A stretch of 63,285 nucleotides of DNA, the filler included, from Octopus bimaculoides (lineage: Eukaryota): NCBI RefSeq assembly GCF_001194135.2. It is 8 parts of 7 records of this genome, joined end to end, with 100 filler letters (N's around TTAATTAATTAA, not from the genome) between each part and the next. Parts side by side here need not be neighbours in the genome. Positions count along the whole stretch, not along the records: positions 7,923 to 21,258 come from NC_069003.1; positions 21,359 to 25,045 come from NC_069008.1; positions 25,146 to 31,435 come from NC_068982.1; 5 more parts are not named here. One strand, given 5' to 3'. The notes below the pieces were generated by a model. That model worked only from the letters and a program-made list of their open reading frames with translations, was not told the DNA's origin and did no database searches. Shown piece after piece: positions 12,133-26,569 of the stretch (position 1 is the first letter of the stretch; every line of letters begins with the position of its first letter). The position numbers and the translations under genes were made by a program.

Positions 12133-13928
12133 ACTACGTCACAATGTTTACAACATGACATATCTGAAGAGGAGAAAATTGCAAAAGTATAAAAAAAAAA
12201 AAATTCTCTTTTTAAATTAAAAAAAAAAAACTTTCAAAAAAATAATTAATTGAGATGATGTAAAAAAGAAAGAAAGAAAGAAAGAAAAAACCCAAGTAAA
12301 AAACAAACAAGAAAAGTGTGTGAGACTTATTTCTGATTTAGTTGACGACAGANNNNNNNNNNNNNNNNNNNNNNNNNNNNNNNNNNNNNNNNNNNNNNNN
12401 NNNNNNNNNNNNNNNNNNNNNNNNNNNNNNNNNNNNNNNNNNNNNNNNNNNNNNNNNNNNNNNNNNNNNNNNNNNNNNNNNNNNNNNNNNNNNNNNNNNN
12501 NNNNNNNNNNNNNNNNNNNNNNNNNNNNNNNNNNNNNNNNNNNNNNNNNNNNNNNNNNNNNNNNNNNNNNNNNNNNNNNNNNNNNNNNNNNNNNNNNNNN
12601 NNNNNNNNNNNNNNNNNNNNNNNNNNNNNNNNNNNNNNNNNNNNNNNNNNNNNNNNNNNNNNNNNNNCCTTAGAAAAAATTTTGATTTGAAAAATAAATC
12701 ACTGAAGATCGTTCAAAAGAAAAGCATACATTATTTCGAAAATTATATACGTGTGTTTTGTCAAGAGTGTATAAATGTCACAGCTTCCTGTTCAGCTAGT
12801 TTTATCAATTTGATTGTACGTTTGTAAAGAAAGGAAAAGATGACACTTGTGTGAGGTTCCTTGGTAGGATTTCATTAACTATGAAAATACTAATTAAGAG
12901 AAAATATATGTGTATGAGAGAGACAGGTAGAGAGAGAGGGGAGAGACGGTAAAGAGAGAGAGAGACTGAAAGACAAAGAGAAATAATTAAGTGAAATAAT
13001 GTAAAGAGAAAAAGACAGAAAGACACAGAGAGATAGAGACAGAAGAGGAGAGAGAGAGACAGAAGAGGAGAGAGAGAGACATAAGAGGAGAGAGAGAGAG
13101 AGAGATAGAGACAGAAGTGAAAGAGAGAAAGACAGAGAGAGATAGAGACAAGAGAGAGACAGAGAGGGAGATGGAGACAGAAGAGAGAGAAAGACCTAAA
13201 GTGATGTAAAATAAAGGTTTCTTCCCAGGAATACAAGACAATATATCAGTTGTTGATTCTATTCAGATAAAAGGTTCTGTTTCAAGGTGTCAAAACTGCC
13301 AGAATCCTAAGTGACATAGCTGATGAAGGGTTAAGTTTTCATTTGCTTTGTCTTTTGCATGTTTCTAGCATTTGTGCCTATTCCTCACATATACACATAT
13401 AGAATGGCCTTCTTCACCATTTCCTTTGACTAAATTTTGCTGACAAACACTGGTCAGGTGAGAAGACACCAGCATAAATTGCTGCACAGTGGGATTAGAC
13501 CAGAGATGACAAGACTACAAAATCAGAAATGTCTTAACAACACAACCAGATTTGTGACATAATACTTTTATATCCTTGTATTGGGTATATAATATAATAA
13601 AGCAGGAGGGAAGAAAGTATATACATGATGCACTACTGTTACTGTTACACGAGACTCAATGCTCTATCAACAGCTCACAGTGAACTGCTACTGACACGAA
13701 CTCCTGATGTCTCGACAGTTCTTTGTTTTATAACAATGAGACAGTCCACCATTAATCACATGAGGGTGGGGGTTGGAATTCTTCCACAATAAATACCTTT
13801 TCTTTTTTATTTTGAAATAATTATTTATATTACCGAAATATTCAGATGCCAATTGAAGAAACAAGGAAAGAAGAAACATTTTAGCTCACAGACAAATAGC
13901 TTTGATGCCTGGACTAAGTAAGAGAGAT

Positions 13929-14002
<74 letters not shown>

Positions 14003-14430
14003 TGAGAGATGAAGAAGTGTTAGTTTGAAGAAGTACCCACACAGACAAATAGACACAGATGGACACAAACACACAATCTTACAAATACAGGGACATACAT
14101 TCACAAAATACACACATATACATACAATATTCAAGTGGTTAAAGACAGCTTTGGTATATATTATTAGATGGTTTGAAGAAGTCACCGTACGTGTGTATGT
14201 GTCTGTTGATGCATAAGCATATGTGCATGTGTATAAGTAGATGAGCATATATGCATGTGGATGACAATATAAACACATGAAGACAAGCATTTGTCTACAT
14301 ACATATGAATAAATACATCTATATAAACACATGTGAATATACACATGTCCATGTAAGCATTTATATGAATATACATACACCTTTATATAAGCATATATAT
14401 GTGGATATACATACACATATCTACATAAGC

Positions 14431-14462
<32 letters not shown>

Positions 14463-14537
14463 GAATATACATACACGTCTATATAAGCATATATATGAAA
14501 ACACACACACATTTATATGAATTCACATGCAAATGTA

Positions 14538-14598
<61 letters not shown>

Positions 14599-14771
14599 AC
14601 ATATATACATGAATACACATACACAAGCCTATATGAACACACCACTATACACGTGTGTGTATATGGACATATTAACACACTACCTACATATACACACAAG
14701 CATACATGCATATACATGCATGCACTTATACATACTTACATATACACATATGGTGTGTATATAATATTTAT

Positions 14772-14805
<34 letters not shown>

Positions 14806-15389
14806 CTATACATGAGAGATAGATAAATACACTGATATATGAAGACACATTCATCTACAAACATGTGCGTACATATGTACACATATACATACACACACAA
14901 AGACAAACATACATATATGTATATATACATACAGACAGAGACATATATATGAACACACACACATATATACATGCACACACAAAGACACACATACACATCT
15001 ACAAACATACACAAAAACATACGTGTATATATACATATATATACACATAGAGACACACACACATCAAGTAGATGGAGCATATCAGCTGCCTGTATTAAGG
15101 AATGTTTATGAAGAATATTCAGAAACAATAAGAAGTCTCCAAGTTCCATCCTTCCTGCCCACCCCACCCCTCACCGACGCTCTCCCAACTTCCCATACTC
15201 TCTCTCTCCCTCTCTCTCTCTTTCCCTTCTCCCTCCCCCTCTCCCACCCAATCATTATGAAACAACCCCTCCACCCCTTTGTCCAAACTCCCTACTTAGA
15301 CTTTGGCTCTGTGATGGATTACTGACTTTAAAGCTCAGCTAGTTTGGTTACTGGTGCCTCTGTCTCTCCACCCCTGCCACTCACCAACT

Positions 15390-15425
<36 letters not shown>

Positions 15426-15650
15426 TCTCTCTCCTTATTGCAGCACTGGTAGCAGCAGCAGCAGCAGCAGCAGCCGAAATAATGGAAATGCCAACAGTTA
15501 TTAGGATTCCCACTTTTTCTGAAAGACAGTCATTAAAGGGAAGATTTGGAAGAAATGCATGGAAGTCAGTAACTAAAGGATAGTTATGAGATGGCAGAGG
15601 ATGAAGAAGAAGAAGGAGGAGAAGGAGAGAGGGGAAGAAAGGGGGAGAGT

Positions 15651-15688
<38 letters not shown>

Positions 15689-15796
15689 AGAAACTATGGT
15701 GAGTGCCAGTATATACACAGGCACAAAGATGCATGCATATATATTATGTGTTTGTATTTATCACATGAATGCGTGTGTGTGTGTATATGTGTGTGC

Positions 15797-15828
<32 letters not shown>

Positions 15829-16085
15829 ATGTATGTATATATATANNNNNNNNNNNNNNNNNNNNNNNNNNNNNNNNNNNNNNNNNNNNNNNNNNNNNNN
15901 NNNNNNNNNNNNNNNNNNNNNNNNNNNNNNNNNNNNNNNNNNNNNNNNNNNNNNNNNNNNNNNNNNNNNNNNNNNNNNNNNNNNNNNNNNNNNNNNNNNN
16001 NNNNNNNNNNNNNNNNNNNNNNNNNNNNNNNNNNNNNNNNNNNNNNNNNNNNNNNNNNNNNNNNNNNNNNNNNNNNNNNNNNNNN

Positions 16086-16135
<50 letters not shown>

Positions 16136-16388
16136 AGTTTGCTGGACAGATGCAAACACAAAGTTATGATTAAGTCAAGTTGGAAGGCGAAAAAGAGGGG
16201 AAGAAAAAAGATGAATGCATATAACAGATACACACACACACACACACACACATATAGGTAGATAGATAGGTAGATAGATAAATAGATAGACAAACAGAGA
16301 GGTAGGTAGGTAGATAGATAGATAGATAGATGGGTATGTGTAATATAGCTTGCTGGACAGAGGATAACAGTAAGCTATGATTAAGGTA

Positions 16389-16436
<48 letters not shown>

Positions 16437-16619
16437 TGGAGAAGGGATAGTTAGAAGGGGGGAAGGGGTCGGTCGGAGTTGGGAATGGCAGCGGGGCTGT
16501 AGTGGAGAGAAGTGGTGGTGGTTGGGGATAAGTGCTGGCCATCAAGCATCAATCATTACTTGCGAGTGGACACACTAGCACCAGTGAAAAGTTACACTAG
16601 ATTGGCAATTGTAACATCA

Positions 16620-16664
<45 letters not shown>

Positions 16665-16722
16665 GCATGTGTGTGTGTGTATGTGGGTGTATATATATAT
16701 ATATATATATATNNNNNNNNNN

Positions 16723-16773
<51 letters not shown>

Positions 16774-17170
16774 CCATGAATATTGTATTACACATACATA
16801 TGAATATTGTATTACACACAGAGAGATATTATATATGCATATACATATGTAGATATACTATATACGTATATTTATGTAGATATACTATACACGCATATAT
16901 ATATATACATATTACACAAATATATCAGTATATACATAGACATAGATTACAGACACATGCATATATCTATATCTATCTATATATTTTTATGTATATATAT
17001 GTATCTATGTATACATATGTATGTCTGTAAGTATACATATGTATGTATATATTTGCATATATAAGTATATATATTCAGACATATACACACACACACACAC
17101 ACACAAATACATCTATATTACATTGCACACACTCACGCACACACACATATATATATATACATACACGTAT
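11810..17170. repeat. Simple-sequence zone: (GA)n-rich 11810-12130 and 12900-13200; (CA/TA)n-rich 13920-15060 and 15690-17170
   Basis: Directly visible. Explains the poly-LS, YI and TH ORF-track artefacts. Similar tracts at 18420-19080, 25640-26330 and 30130-30870. Confidence 0.95.
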
Positions 17171-19010
17171 ACAGACATGGACTTCACATTTCAATGTTCA
17201 GTGTGAAAGCAGAAGAGACGGGAGACAGAGCCGTATCATATTGATTCTTAAGATTAGGAAACTATAGAGATCATATTCTGCTTCCAACCATACTCTTACA
17301 CACACACACACACACACACACAATCTTTAGTCTCTCTCTCAAACCTATTGATCCTTTATTTAGTATCCATATACTTAGTAATTTAGAAGAAACGATATGC
17401 ATCCAGGTTTGTGCAGCAAGGCCGAACAGTTAAGAAAGTTTACTTTGCAATGATGAAGTCACAAGTTCAATCCTGCTGCATGGGACCCAGTGCAAATGCC
17501 ACTTTCTATACCTTCAGCTCAAACCTGAAACCACATAGATGGGAAGCAAGTCTTTTAACCACACAACCAGGCCCTTAGACATGTTTTCAAGTAATTAAGA
17601 ACAAGTATTATAACCCTGTGGTGTATACAGTCCTGTCACACACAGACACACACACACACTGTGTCAAGCTGGTTCAGCCTAACAATTACATCAAGGGTAT
17701 ACATGTCTATGGAATACTCAGCCACTTACTCATTAAGTCAGGAGCAGGTAATTCAGTTGAGATCAAACAACTGAATCACCATCATTGAATGACAAGAGAT
17801 GTAGCTTCAGTACATCCAGGTGGTTAGTAACTTAGACCAAATAAATGGCTTAGATTGAGAGACAAACATATGACAGGCTTCCACACAGTTTCCGTCTACC
17901 TAATCTACTAGCAAGGCTTTCGTTGGCCCGAGACTGCAGTAAAAAAGCTTGTACTATGGGATAGAACCCAACACCTGATGCTTGGGAAGCAAGCTGCTTC
18001 CCTACATAACCATACCTGCATCAGGTGTTTAAATAATTGCAAACAAGTATTATAACCAAGTGTTTAGTAATTCCAACACCTTAACAACATTATAACAATT
18101 AATCCACTTTAGTTATTAACGAAGTAAAACGAAAAACAAAAAAAAATTGTAATTAACAAACAAAAAAATTACTAAAATTATCGAAGGTTTGATATTTACA
18201 ATAGATATTAAGGTGAAAAAAAAAAAAAAAAAAAAAAAATTAAATAAACTATTGAAAATTACTGAAAGTTTGAGGTTTGTGCATATTATTTTCATATTCA
18301 CTATTATGAACAGAATGAGAATATACACCACCTATCTGACTTTGATATCGAAAATTATAAATCTCGTTAAATTTCCAAGACGAAATTTAATCAACTCCAA
18401 GAAAATTCCTACAAAATAAACAAACAAAGAAACAAACAAAGAAAAACCTTTTCATATTCATAATGATTTCATTTTTAATCATTATTATTGTTGATGTTGT
18501 TGTTGTTGTTGTCGTCGATGTCATGATGGTGATGATGGTAATTATTGCTGCTGTTGTCAATGTTATTCTGATGGTGATGGTTAATATGGTGATGGTGTTG
18601 GTGGTGGTGATGACAGTGATGATGATAGTGATGATGATAGTGATGATGATGATCATCATCATCATTGTCGTTATTGTTTAATGAACTCTACATTAATTAA
18701 AAGCAAAGTAAAAGACACCACGATACCATCAGCAGTTTAGAAATATGATTGGTGAAGAAAACTAAAATTTGGAAAAAAAAAAAAAAAGCCTCTCTCCAAC
18801 AACAGCAACAACAGTAGTTGTAGTAGCAGCAGTAGTAGCAGCAGTAGCAACAACACAAACAAAGAATGATATACAGAAGAACAGATAAAAAAAAAAAAAA
18901 ATTTGTGGTTATTTTCTGTTGAAGCAAAATCAATCTCCTCAGTTGTTAGATTGAAGAGAAAGCAAACAACAAGAAGAACAACAAGACCAACAACGATAAA
19001 AATAATAATC

Positions 19011-19049
<39 letters not shown>

Positions 19050-19551
19050 GTAATCATCATCAACATCATCATCGTTGTCATTGTCATTTCAACGTCCATT
19101 TTCGCCATTCCCCACTGCATGGGTCAGACAGATTTTGTGCCAGCAGGTTTTCAACAGCCAGGGATGTCCTCCCGTCATGTTGCCAACCCTTCACCTGTTT
19201 ACAGGTAAGGTAATAATGCCCCAACCCCCACTAATACCATTAACCCATGACCAGACGTGTTTCCACTGAAGGACACTGCTTGCACGACAGTGGCACTCGT
19301 TTACATGTGAAATCAAACCAAGGTAACACATACACACACACACACACACACACAGAGCATCTACCGAATCTAATCACATGGCGTTGGTTGGCCCAGAGTT
19401 GTAGTTATAAAGACACTTATCCAAGGTGCCATACAGTGGGACCGAACCTGTAAACCACATCGTTGGAAATCCAACATTTTACCACACAGCCATGCCCAAA
19501 GCTATGCTTAGTAGTAATAATAATAATAATTATACTAGTACTAGTAATAGT

Positions 19552-19586
<35 letters not shown>

Positions 19587-19588
19587 AC

Positions 19589-19619
<31 letters not shown>

Positions 19620-19772
19620 TCTACTGGAAGCACAAGGACTCAAATTCGGGGGAAGGGACTAAGTCAATTACATTGACCCCAATGCATAACTGGTACTTAT
19701 TTAATTGACCCCCGAAAGGATGAAAGGCAAAGTCAACTTCGGAAACTGAAAGAAGCCAGTCGTATATATGTG

Positions 19773-19834
<62 letters not shown>

Positions 19835-20754
19835 CGTGTGTCTGTGTTTGTCTCCTAACATCGCTTGACAACCGATGCTGGTGTGTTTATGTTCCCGTAA
19901 CTTAGCGGTTCGGCAAAAGTGACCGATAGAATAAGTACTGGGCTTACAAAGAATANNNNNNNNNNNNNNNNNNNNNNNNNNNNNNNNNNNNNNNNNNNNN
20001 NNNNNNNNNNNNNNNNNNNNNNNNNNNNNNNNNNNNNNNNNNNNNNNNNNNNNNNNNNNNNNNNNNNNNNNNNNNNNNNNNNNNNNNNNNNNNNNNNNNN
20101 NNNNNNNNNNNNNNNNNNNNNNNNNNNNNNNNNNNNNNNNNNNNNNNNNNNNNNNNNNNNNNNNNNNNNNNNNNNNNNNNNNNNNNNNNNNNNNNNNNNN
20201 NNNNNNNNNNNNNNNNNNNNNNNNNNNNNNNNNNNNNNNNNNNNNNNNNNNNNNNNNNNNNNNNNNNNNNNNNNNNNNNNNNNNNNNNNNNNNNNNNNNN
20301 NNNNNNNNNNNNNNNNNNNNNNNNNNNNNNNNNNNNNNNNNNNNNNNNNNNNNNNNNNNNNNNNNNNNNNNNNNNNNNNNNNNNNNNNNNNNNNNNNNNN
20401 NNNNNNNNNNNNNNNNNNNNNNNNNNNNNNNNNNNNNNNNNNNNNNNNNNNNNNNNNNNNNNNNNNNNNNNNNNNNNNNNNNNNNNNNNNNNNNNNNNNN
20501 NNNNNNNNNNNNNNNNNNNNNNNNNNNNNNNNNNNNNNNNNNNNNNNNNNNNNNNNNNNNNNNNNNNNNNNNNNNNNNNNNNNNNNNNNNNNNNNNNNNN
20601 NNNNNNNNNNNNNNNNNNNNNNNNNNNNNNNNNNNNNNNNNNNNNNNNNNNNNNNNNTATATATATACACATACATACACACATACATGTGTGCATCTGT
20701 ATGCATAGGTGTGTATGAATGTCCATATGTGTATGTGTATAAATGTGAATGCTA

Positions 20755-20801
<47 letters not shown>

Positions 20802-20938
20802 TGTATGTATATATATATATATATATATGTACTTATAGGTGTTTGCATGCACAAGAAAGTATGTGTGCTTAGGTGCATGTGTATATGTACAAGTATGTGT
20901 GTGTGTGTGTGGTTTGCATCTCTTCACTTATCAGTGAA

Positions 20939-20975
<37 letters not shown>

Positions 20976-23900
20976 ATGTATGTTTATCTGTAAGTACGTA
21001 TTTGTGTGCGCACACGCTTATCTCTGTGCGTCTATGTGCGTGTGTGTCCATATATCTGTAAAGGAGAGTTTGTAGTCGAAGATACACCTTAAGAAGAACA
21101 AGAAGAATATGAAGAAGAAAGATTGTGAAATTAATGCCAAAGTAGATTCGAAGATCTCACCATTTTATTTATCTGTCTAACAGACATTTGGAATTGGTAA
21201 ATAGAAGATGGAAAGAGAAAAAAAAAAACCCCAAAAACATTAACCAGACAAGGAAATGNNNNNNNNNNNNNNNNNNNNNNNNNNNNNNNNNNNNNNNNNN
21301 NNTTAATTAATTAANNNNNNNNNNNNNNNNNNNNNNNNNNNNNNNNNNNNNNNNNNNNTAAGATAGGAATTGTTTCTGTTTTTAGATTCCACATTCGAGT
21401 TACCTCTATTTCCAGGTCTTTGTATTTTGAAAGTTTTTCTATTTCTTTTAGGGAAACGTTGTCATCTGCTGGTATTGGTACATCAATTAGAAAGCATTTT
21501 TTTTCTTCATGATCTTTGACAACTATATCTGGTCTATTTATTAAGGTCGTAAGCTGGCAGAATCATTAGACCACTTAACTGCTGAGGTCAACTTTCCCTT
21601 TCATTTTTTGGTGGGTTAATAAAATAATTGCAAGTTGAACAATGTAATCAACTTATACCCTCTCCCGAAATTGCTGCCCTTGTGGAAAAATTTGAAACCA
21701 TTACTATTATTATTATTATTATTGAGATAGAATATTATTCTTTCATAATATACTCTCATAATAGTTAAATGAGCAAGAAAGCAATTGGTTTCGTACCGGA
21801 AGGTGAAAACTAAACTGAACAATCATCAGAAATGGCTGAACAGAATCGTGTCTTTCTCATTGTCGGTGTGGCTTGGAACTTACAGCTGAACTGTTAACGA
21901 CGTTAGAGTGGGAGAAAGATAATCATAGAAAGATAGACGGGTCAGGAAAGAAGCCTGCATTCACAGAAAGCAGTGTGACAATAATGAAAATATGTTATGA
22001 CGAAAGTGCAGATAATTTTTGACTTTTCCTCATATGTATGTATAAACTCAAGTGAGTGAACAAATGAGAGTAAGTAGCACTCAAAGTATTGAGTCAGAGT
22101 TACATATATATATTTTAATAACAGTTTGACTCAGCTCCACGTGACATACATCTTTGTGAGCTCACAGGAAGCTTCCATCTCCTCAGATGAGGGAAGCAAG
22201 GTCCTCTGCTCCAAGCATCTGATGAGACAGACATGTCCTACGTGCACGTGAAACTTCAGGTCTTGTAGAGTCGAATCAAACGGTCATGGAAATATATATA
22301 TATATATATCGAGGGTTAACAATTAAATACAGAGATTTCCATAAACAGGGTTGTAAGTGATGATGCCTTCACTGCAAAAGGGACGCAACAGCCACACAAA
22401 GCCAGGACAAAAGAAAGCTTGAGCAAGGTCCCACAATACAAGGATTCTGCAAAATCTGAATGGAATGATACTGTTGCTGCTGTTGTTGTTGTTGTTGTCA
22501 CTGCTGCTGCACACATAAAACACTGTAACATCCATAAAGATAGCCACACAACCCTTCGCTTCCAGACACGCAGTGTCCACCATTCGCCTATTTTACTGCT
22601 GCTCCAATCAACTAAACAGTTATAGACCAAACGACTGAGTCTCAAAGATTCATTTACCAACACACAAAACAGCCTCTGGCACACAGACATACTGGGTCCT
22701 TTCTCTGTCTGCCCTACTAATATAGGAGCAGGCCACTGCTGTCTTGAACTGGTTAATTACACACACACATACATCACAAACAACTTAGGAAATGCCAGAC
22801 CCAGAATTTCACAGTTTCCATCAGGGGAACGCAACAGGGGAAACCTCAGAATTATAGAAGCCCTCCTTAACAAAGTGAGACCAACCATGGCCAGGAAGGA
22901 CCTACACGAAGCAGACTGTTTGGTAGAGCAACACCAATCTTCACATGGCACCTTCTTCTTTCCCCACCCCACCCCCCGACGCACACACACATATCTGAGC
23001 AAGGCCCTTTTCCAATTAACAATTTTTCCCCAAATGTCCCAAAGAAAGGGTCTTCACCCCAAAATATAGATATACAATTTAAAACTGCAACTTTTTTCTG
23101 TTTTCTTTTCCATTCGTAGTTTACTTTGTATCTTCTCACATTGATCCAGCCTTACATAACCTTCTATAAAATATATGCAGAGACATGCTTTGCCAAAAGT
23201 TTGGTGATACTCAAGCTCAAATGATCTGGAAGATTCAGCAGGCCTTTGGCAATGTCATGGAAAAAAACTCAATAAAATGTAAGCACAATGTTGNNNNNNN
23301 NNNNNNNNNNNNNNNNNNNNNNNNNNNNNNNNNNNNNNNNNNNNNNNNNNNNNNNNNNNNNNNNNNNNNNNNNNNNNNNNNNNNNNNNNNNNNNNNNNNN
23401 NNNNNNNNNNNNNNNNNNNNNNNNNNNNNNNNNNNNNNNNNNNNNNNNNNNNNNNNNNNNNNNNNNNNNNNNNNNNNNNNNNNNNNNNNNNNNNNNNNNN
23501 NNNNNNNNNNNNNNNNNNNNNNNNNNNNNNNNNNNNNNNNNNNNNNNNNNNNNNNNNNNNNNNNNNNNNNNNNNNNNNNNNNNNNNNNNNNNNNNNNNNN
23601 NNNNNNNNNNNNNNNNNNNNNNNNNNNNNNNNNNNNNNNNNNNNNNNNNNNNNNNNNNNNNNNNNNNNNNNNNNNNNNNNNNNNNNNNNNNNNNNNNNNN
23701 NNNNNNNNNNNNNNNNNNNNNNNNNNNNNNNNNNNNNNNNNNNNNNNNNNNNNNNNNNNNNNNNNNNNNNNNNNNNNNNNNNNNNNNNNNNNNNNNNNNN
23801 NNNNNNNNNNNNNNNNNNNNNNNNNNNNNNNNNNNNNNNNNNNNNNNNNNNNNNNNNNNNNNNNNNNNNNNNNNNNNNNNNNNNNNNNNNNNNNNNNNNN

Positions 23901-24512
23901 NNNNNNNNNNNNNNNNNNNNNNNNNNNNNNNNNNNNNNNNNNNNNNNNNNNNNNNNNNNNNNNNNNNNNNNNNNNNNNNNNNNNNNNNNNNNNNNNNNNN
24001 NNNNNNNNNNNNNNNNNNNNNNNNNNNNNNNNNNNNNNNNNNNNNNNNNNNNNNNNNNNNNNNNNNNNNNNNNNNNNNNNNNNNNNNNNNNNNNNNNNNN
24101 NNNNNNNNNNNNNNNNNNNNNNNNNNNNAAAAAAAAAAAAAATTTTAAGGGGGGGGGGGTATACCCAGATTACATATACTCCATCTCCACCCTCGGGGAT
24201 ATTCAGTGTGACACAGTGTGACAGAAGGTGAAACTCATTATCAGTACACACTATTGCAGCTATCATTAATTCAACACACTGAAGGTTCCATAGAATCTCA
24301 ATCAGAATAGAGTTTGCATAATCTGGGAGGTCCAACACACACGCACACACACGCACATACACACACAGAGGTAGATGTGTGCATTGCCTGTGATTATTTT
24401 TAAAATATAAAATTATTATTAAAATCAAAATAAACAAATTAATGCAAGAGGATGTGTGTATGTGCAGCTATATACAATATGTGAGCATAATATATATATA
24501 TATGTATATATA

Positions 24513-24992
24513 CAAGAATAAGAGGAATGACCAGCAAATGTGGATTCCTGAATGCTAGAAATAGATGCCGAATCATCCAACCACGAAAAAGTATGTTCTC
24601 AGTAGAAAAAAATCAGCGACACAACAGACTGTAAACGAGTAAGACAAATGAAAAAATACTAAATTAAAAAAGCAATTAATTTACGTACCATTGTTTCACC
24701 TGTTAAAATTTACATAAGTAAATATCTGCAGGATCATCAGCGTAAATCAGTCTCTTTTAGAATGTAACACACCGAGCTAGACACAAGCCATGCACCCGTA
24801 GGTGAACACGTGTAGAGCTCCGTGAATTACACTCAGCGTATCCTTTCAAATGTCTTCAAATCTGGCGCGCTAAGTCCGGAAAATAATTCTGCAGTTAATG
24901 AATTTCTGCAGTTAATTTAACCGGTTGGATGATTCGGCATCTATTTCTAGCATTCAGGAATCTACATTTGCTGGTCATTCCTCTTATTCTTG
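24513..24992. mobile_element. MITE with about 70-bp terminal inverted repeats and TA target duplication
   Basis: TA|CAAGAATAAGAGGAATGACCAGCAAATGTGGATTCC...CATCCAACC (24513-24582) against its reverse complement at 24923-24992|TA, one mismatch. No ORF inside. Confidence 0.9.
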
Positions 24993-25145
24993 TATGTAAT
25001 ATAATTTTAATCTTCGGATTTTTATAATATGCTAGACCACTGGTTNNNNNNNNNNNNNNNNNNNNNNNNNNNNNNNNNNNNNNNNNNNNTTAATTAATTA
25101 ANNNNNNNNNNNNNNNNNNNNNNNNNNNNNNNNNNNNNNNNNNNN

Positions 25146-25191
<46 letters not shown>

Positions 25192-25670
25192 ACTAATAGA
25201 TGTGTGTGGGTGTGTAAATGATGTGTACTGGTAAATATGGAAACTTCATGCCTCATCCCTTCCCAATGTTTGGTCGCCGTTCACTAGAGAACCCTAGATT
25301 TTCGGTGGACCTATCCATATTCTTTGACATATCCATTCTTTGACATATCCTTCTACACCAATGAATAGCTGCATAAACGAGAATGTCCAGCGTGGAAATA
25401 TAAACTATAGGCATAGCTACGTGGCCGCGTGGTTAAGAAGTTCGTTCAGCAACCATGTGGTCACGATTTCAATCTCAGTGCACTTCATTTTGAGCAAGCC
25501 TCTTCCACTGTAACCCTGGGCCGACCAAATCCTAGTGAGTGGAAGTATTAGGGTTCTGGTGTCTGTTCTACGTGTACGTTTTGTAGTATTTAATGCACTT
25601 TCCATTCATGGAATTACTGAACGCGACGCATCCCGCCCTTTACTAACATTAAGAATATATATATATATAC

Positions 25671-25735
<65 letters not shown>

Positions 25736-26569
25736 TGTGTGTGTGTGCGTGTGCGTGTGTGCGCGTGTGTGCGCATGTGTGTGTGTGTGTGCGTGCGTGT
25801 GTGTAATGAACCGTAAGTGTAACCATGATGTTCCAGTGATCTGATGATTTTGGTTTCCTTTTTTGCATTAATTTGGGAAAATACAATTGTATTGTATAAT
25901 GCTGAGTGTAAAATATAAATGCAAACACGTGCGTGTACGTATGTATGTATGTGTGTATGTGTGTATGTGTGTATGTAGATATGTTTATGCATGTATGTAC
26001 GTGTGTATGTATGTATGTATGTATGTGCATGTACGTATGTGTGTATGTATGCATGTATGTGTGTATTATGTATGTATGCATGTATGTATGTGTGTATGTA
26101 TGTGTGTTTGTATGTATATATGTGTATGTATGTATTATGTATGTATATGTGTATGTATGTATGTTTGTATGTATGTGTGTATGTGTGTACGAATGTATGT
26201 ATATATGTGTGTATGCATGTATGTGTATGTATGTATGTATGTATGTACGTATGTATGTATGTGTGTATGTATATAAATATGAGTGTGTATATGTGTATGT
26301 TTGTGTGTGTGTATGTATGTACGTTAAACTGTCCATGTGTTTGTATTTGTGATCGCCGCCACACTGCATCACTTGACAACCAGTAGGGGTTTGTTTACCT
26401 CTCCGCAACTTAGCGGTTTGGCAAAAATAACTGATATACTATGTATCAGACTGATCAAAAATATGTACCGAGGTCGATTTGTTCGTCTATAATCCTCCAA
26501 GGTGGTGCCCCAGCATGGCCACTCACTATACATTGACTGGAACAACGAAAGCTAAACGGTATAAAAGAA

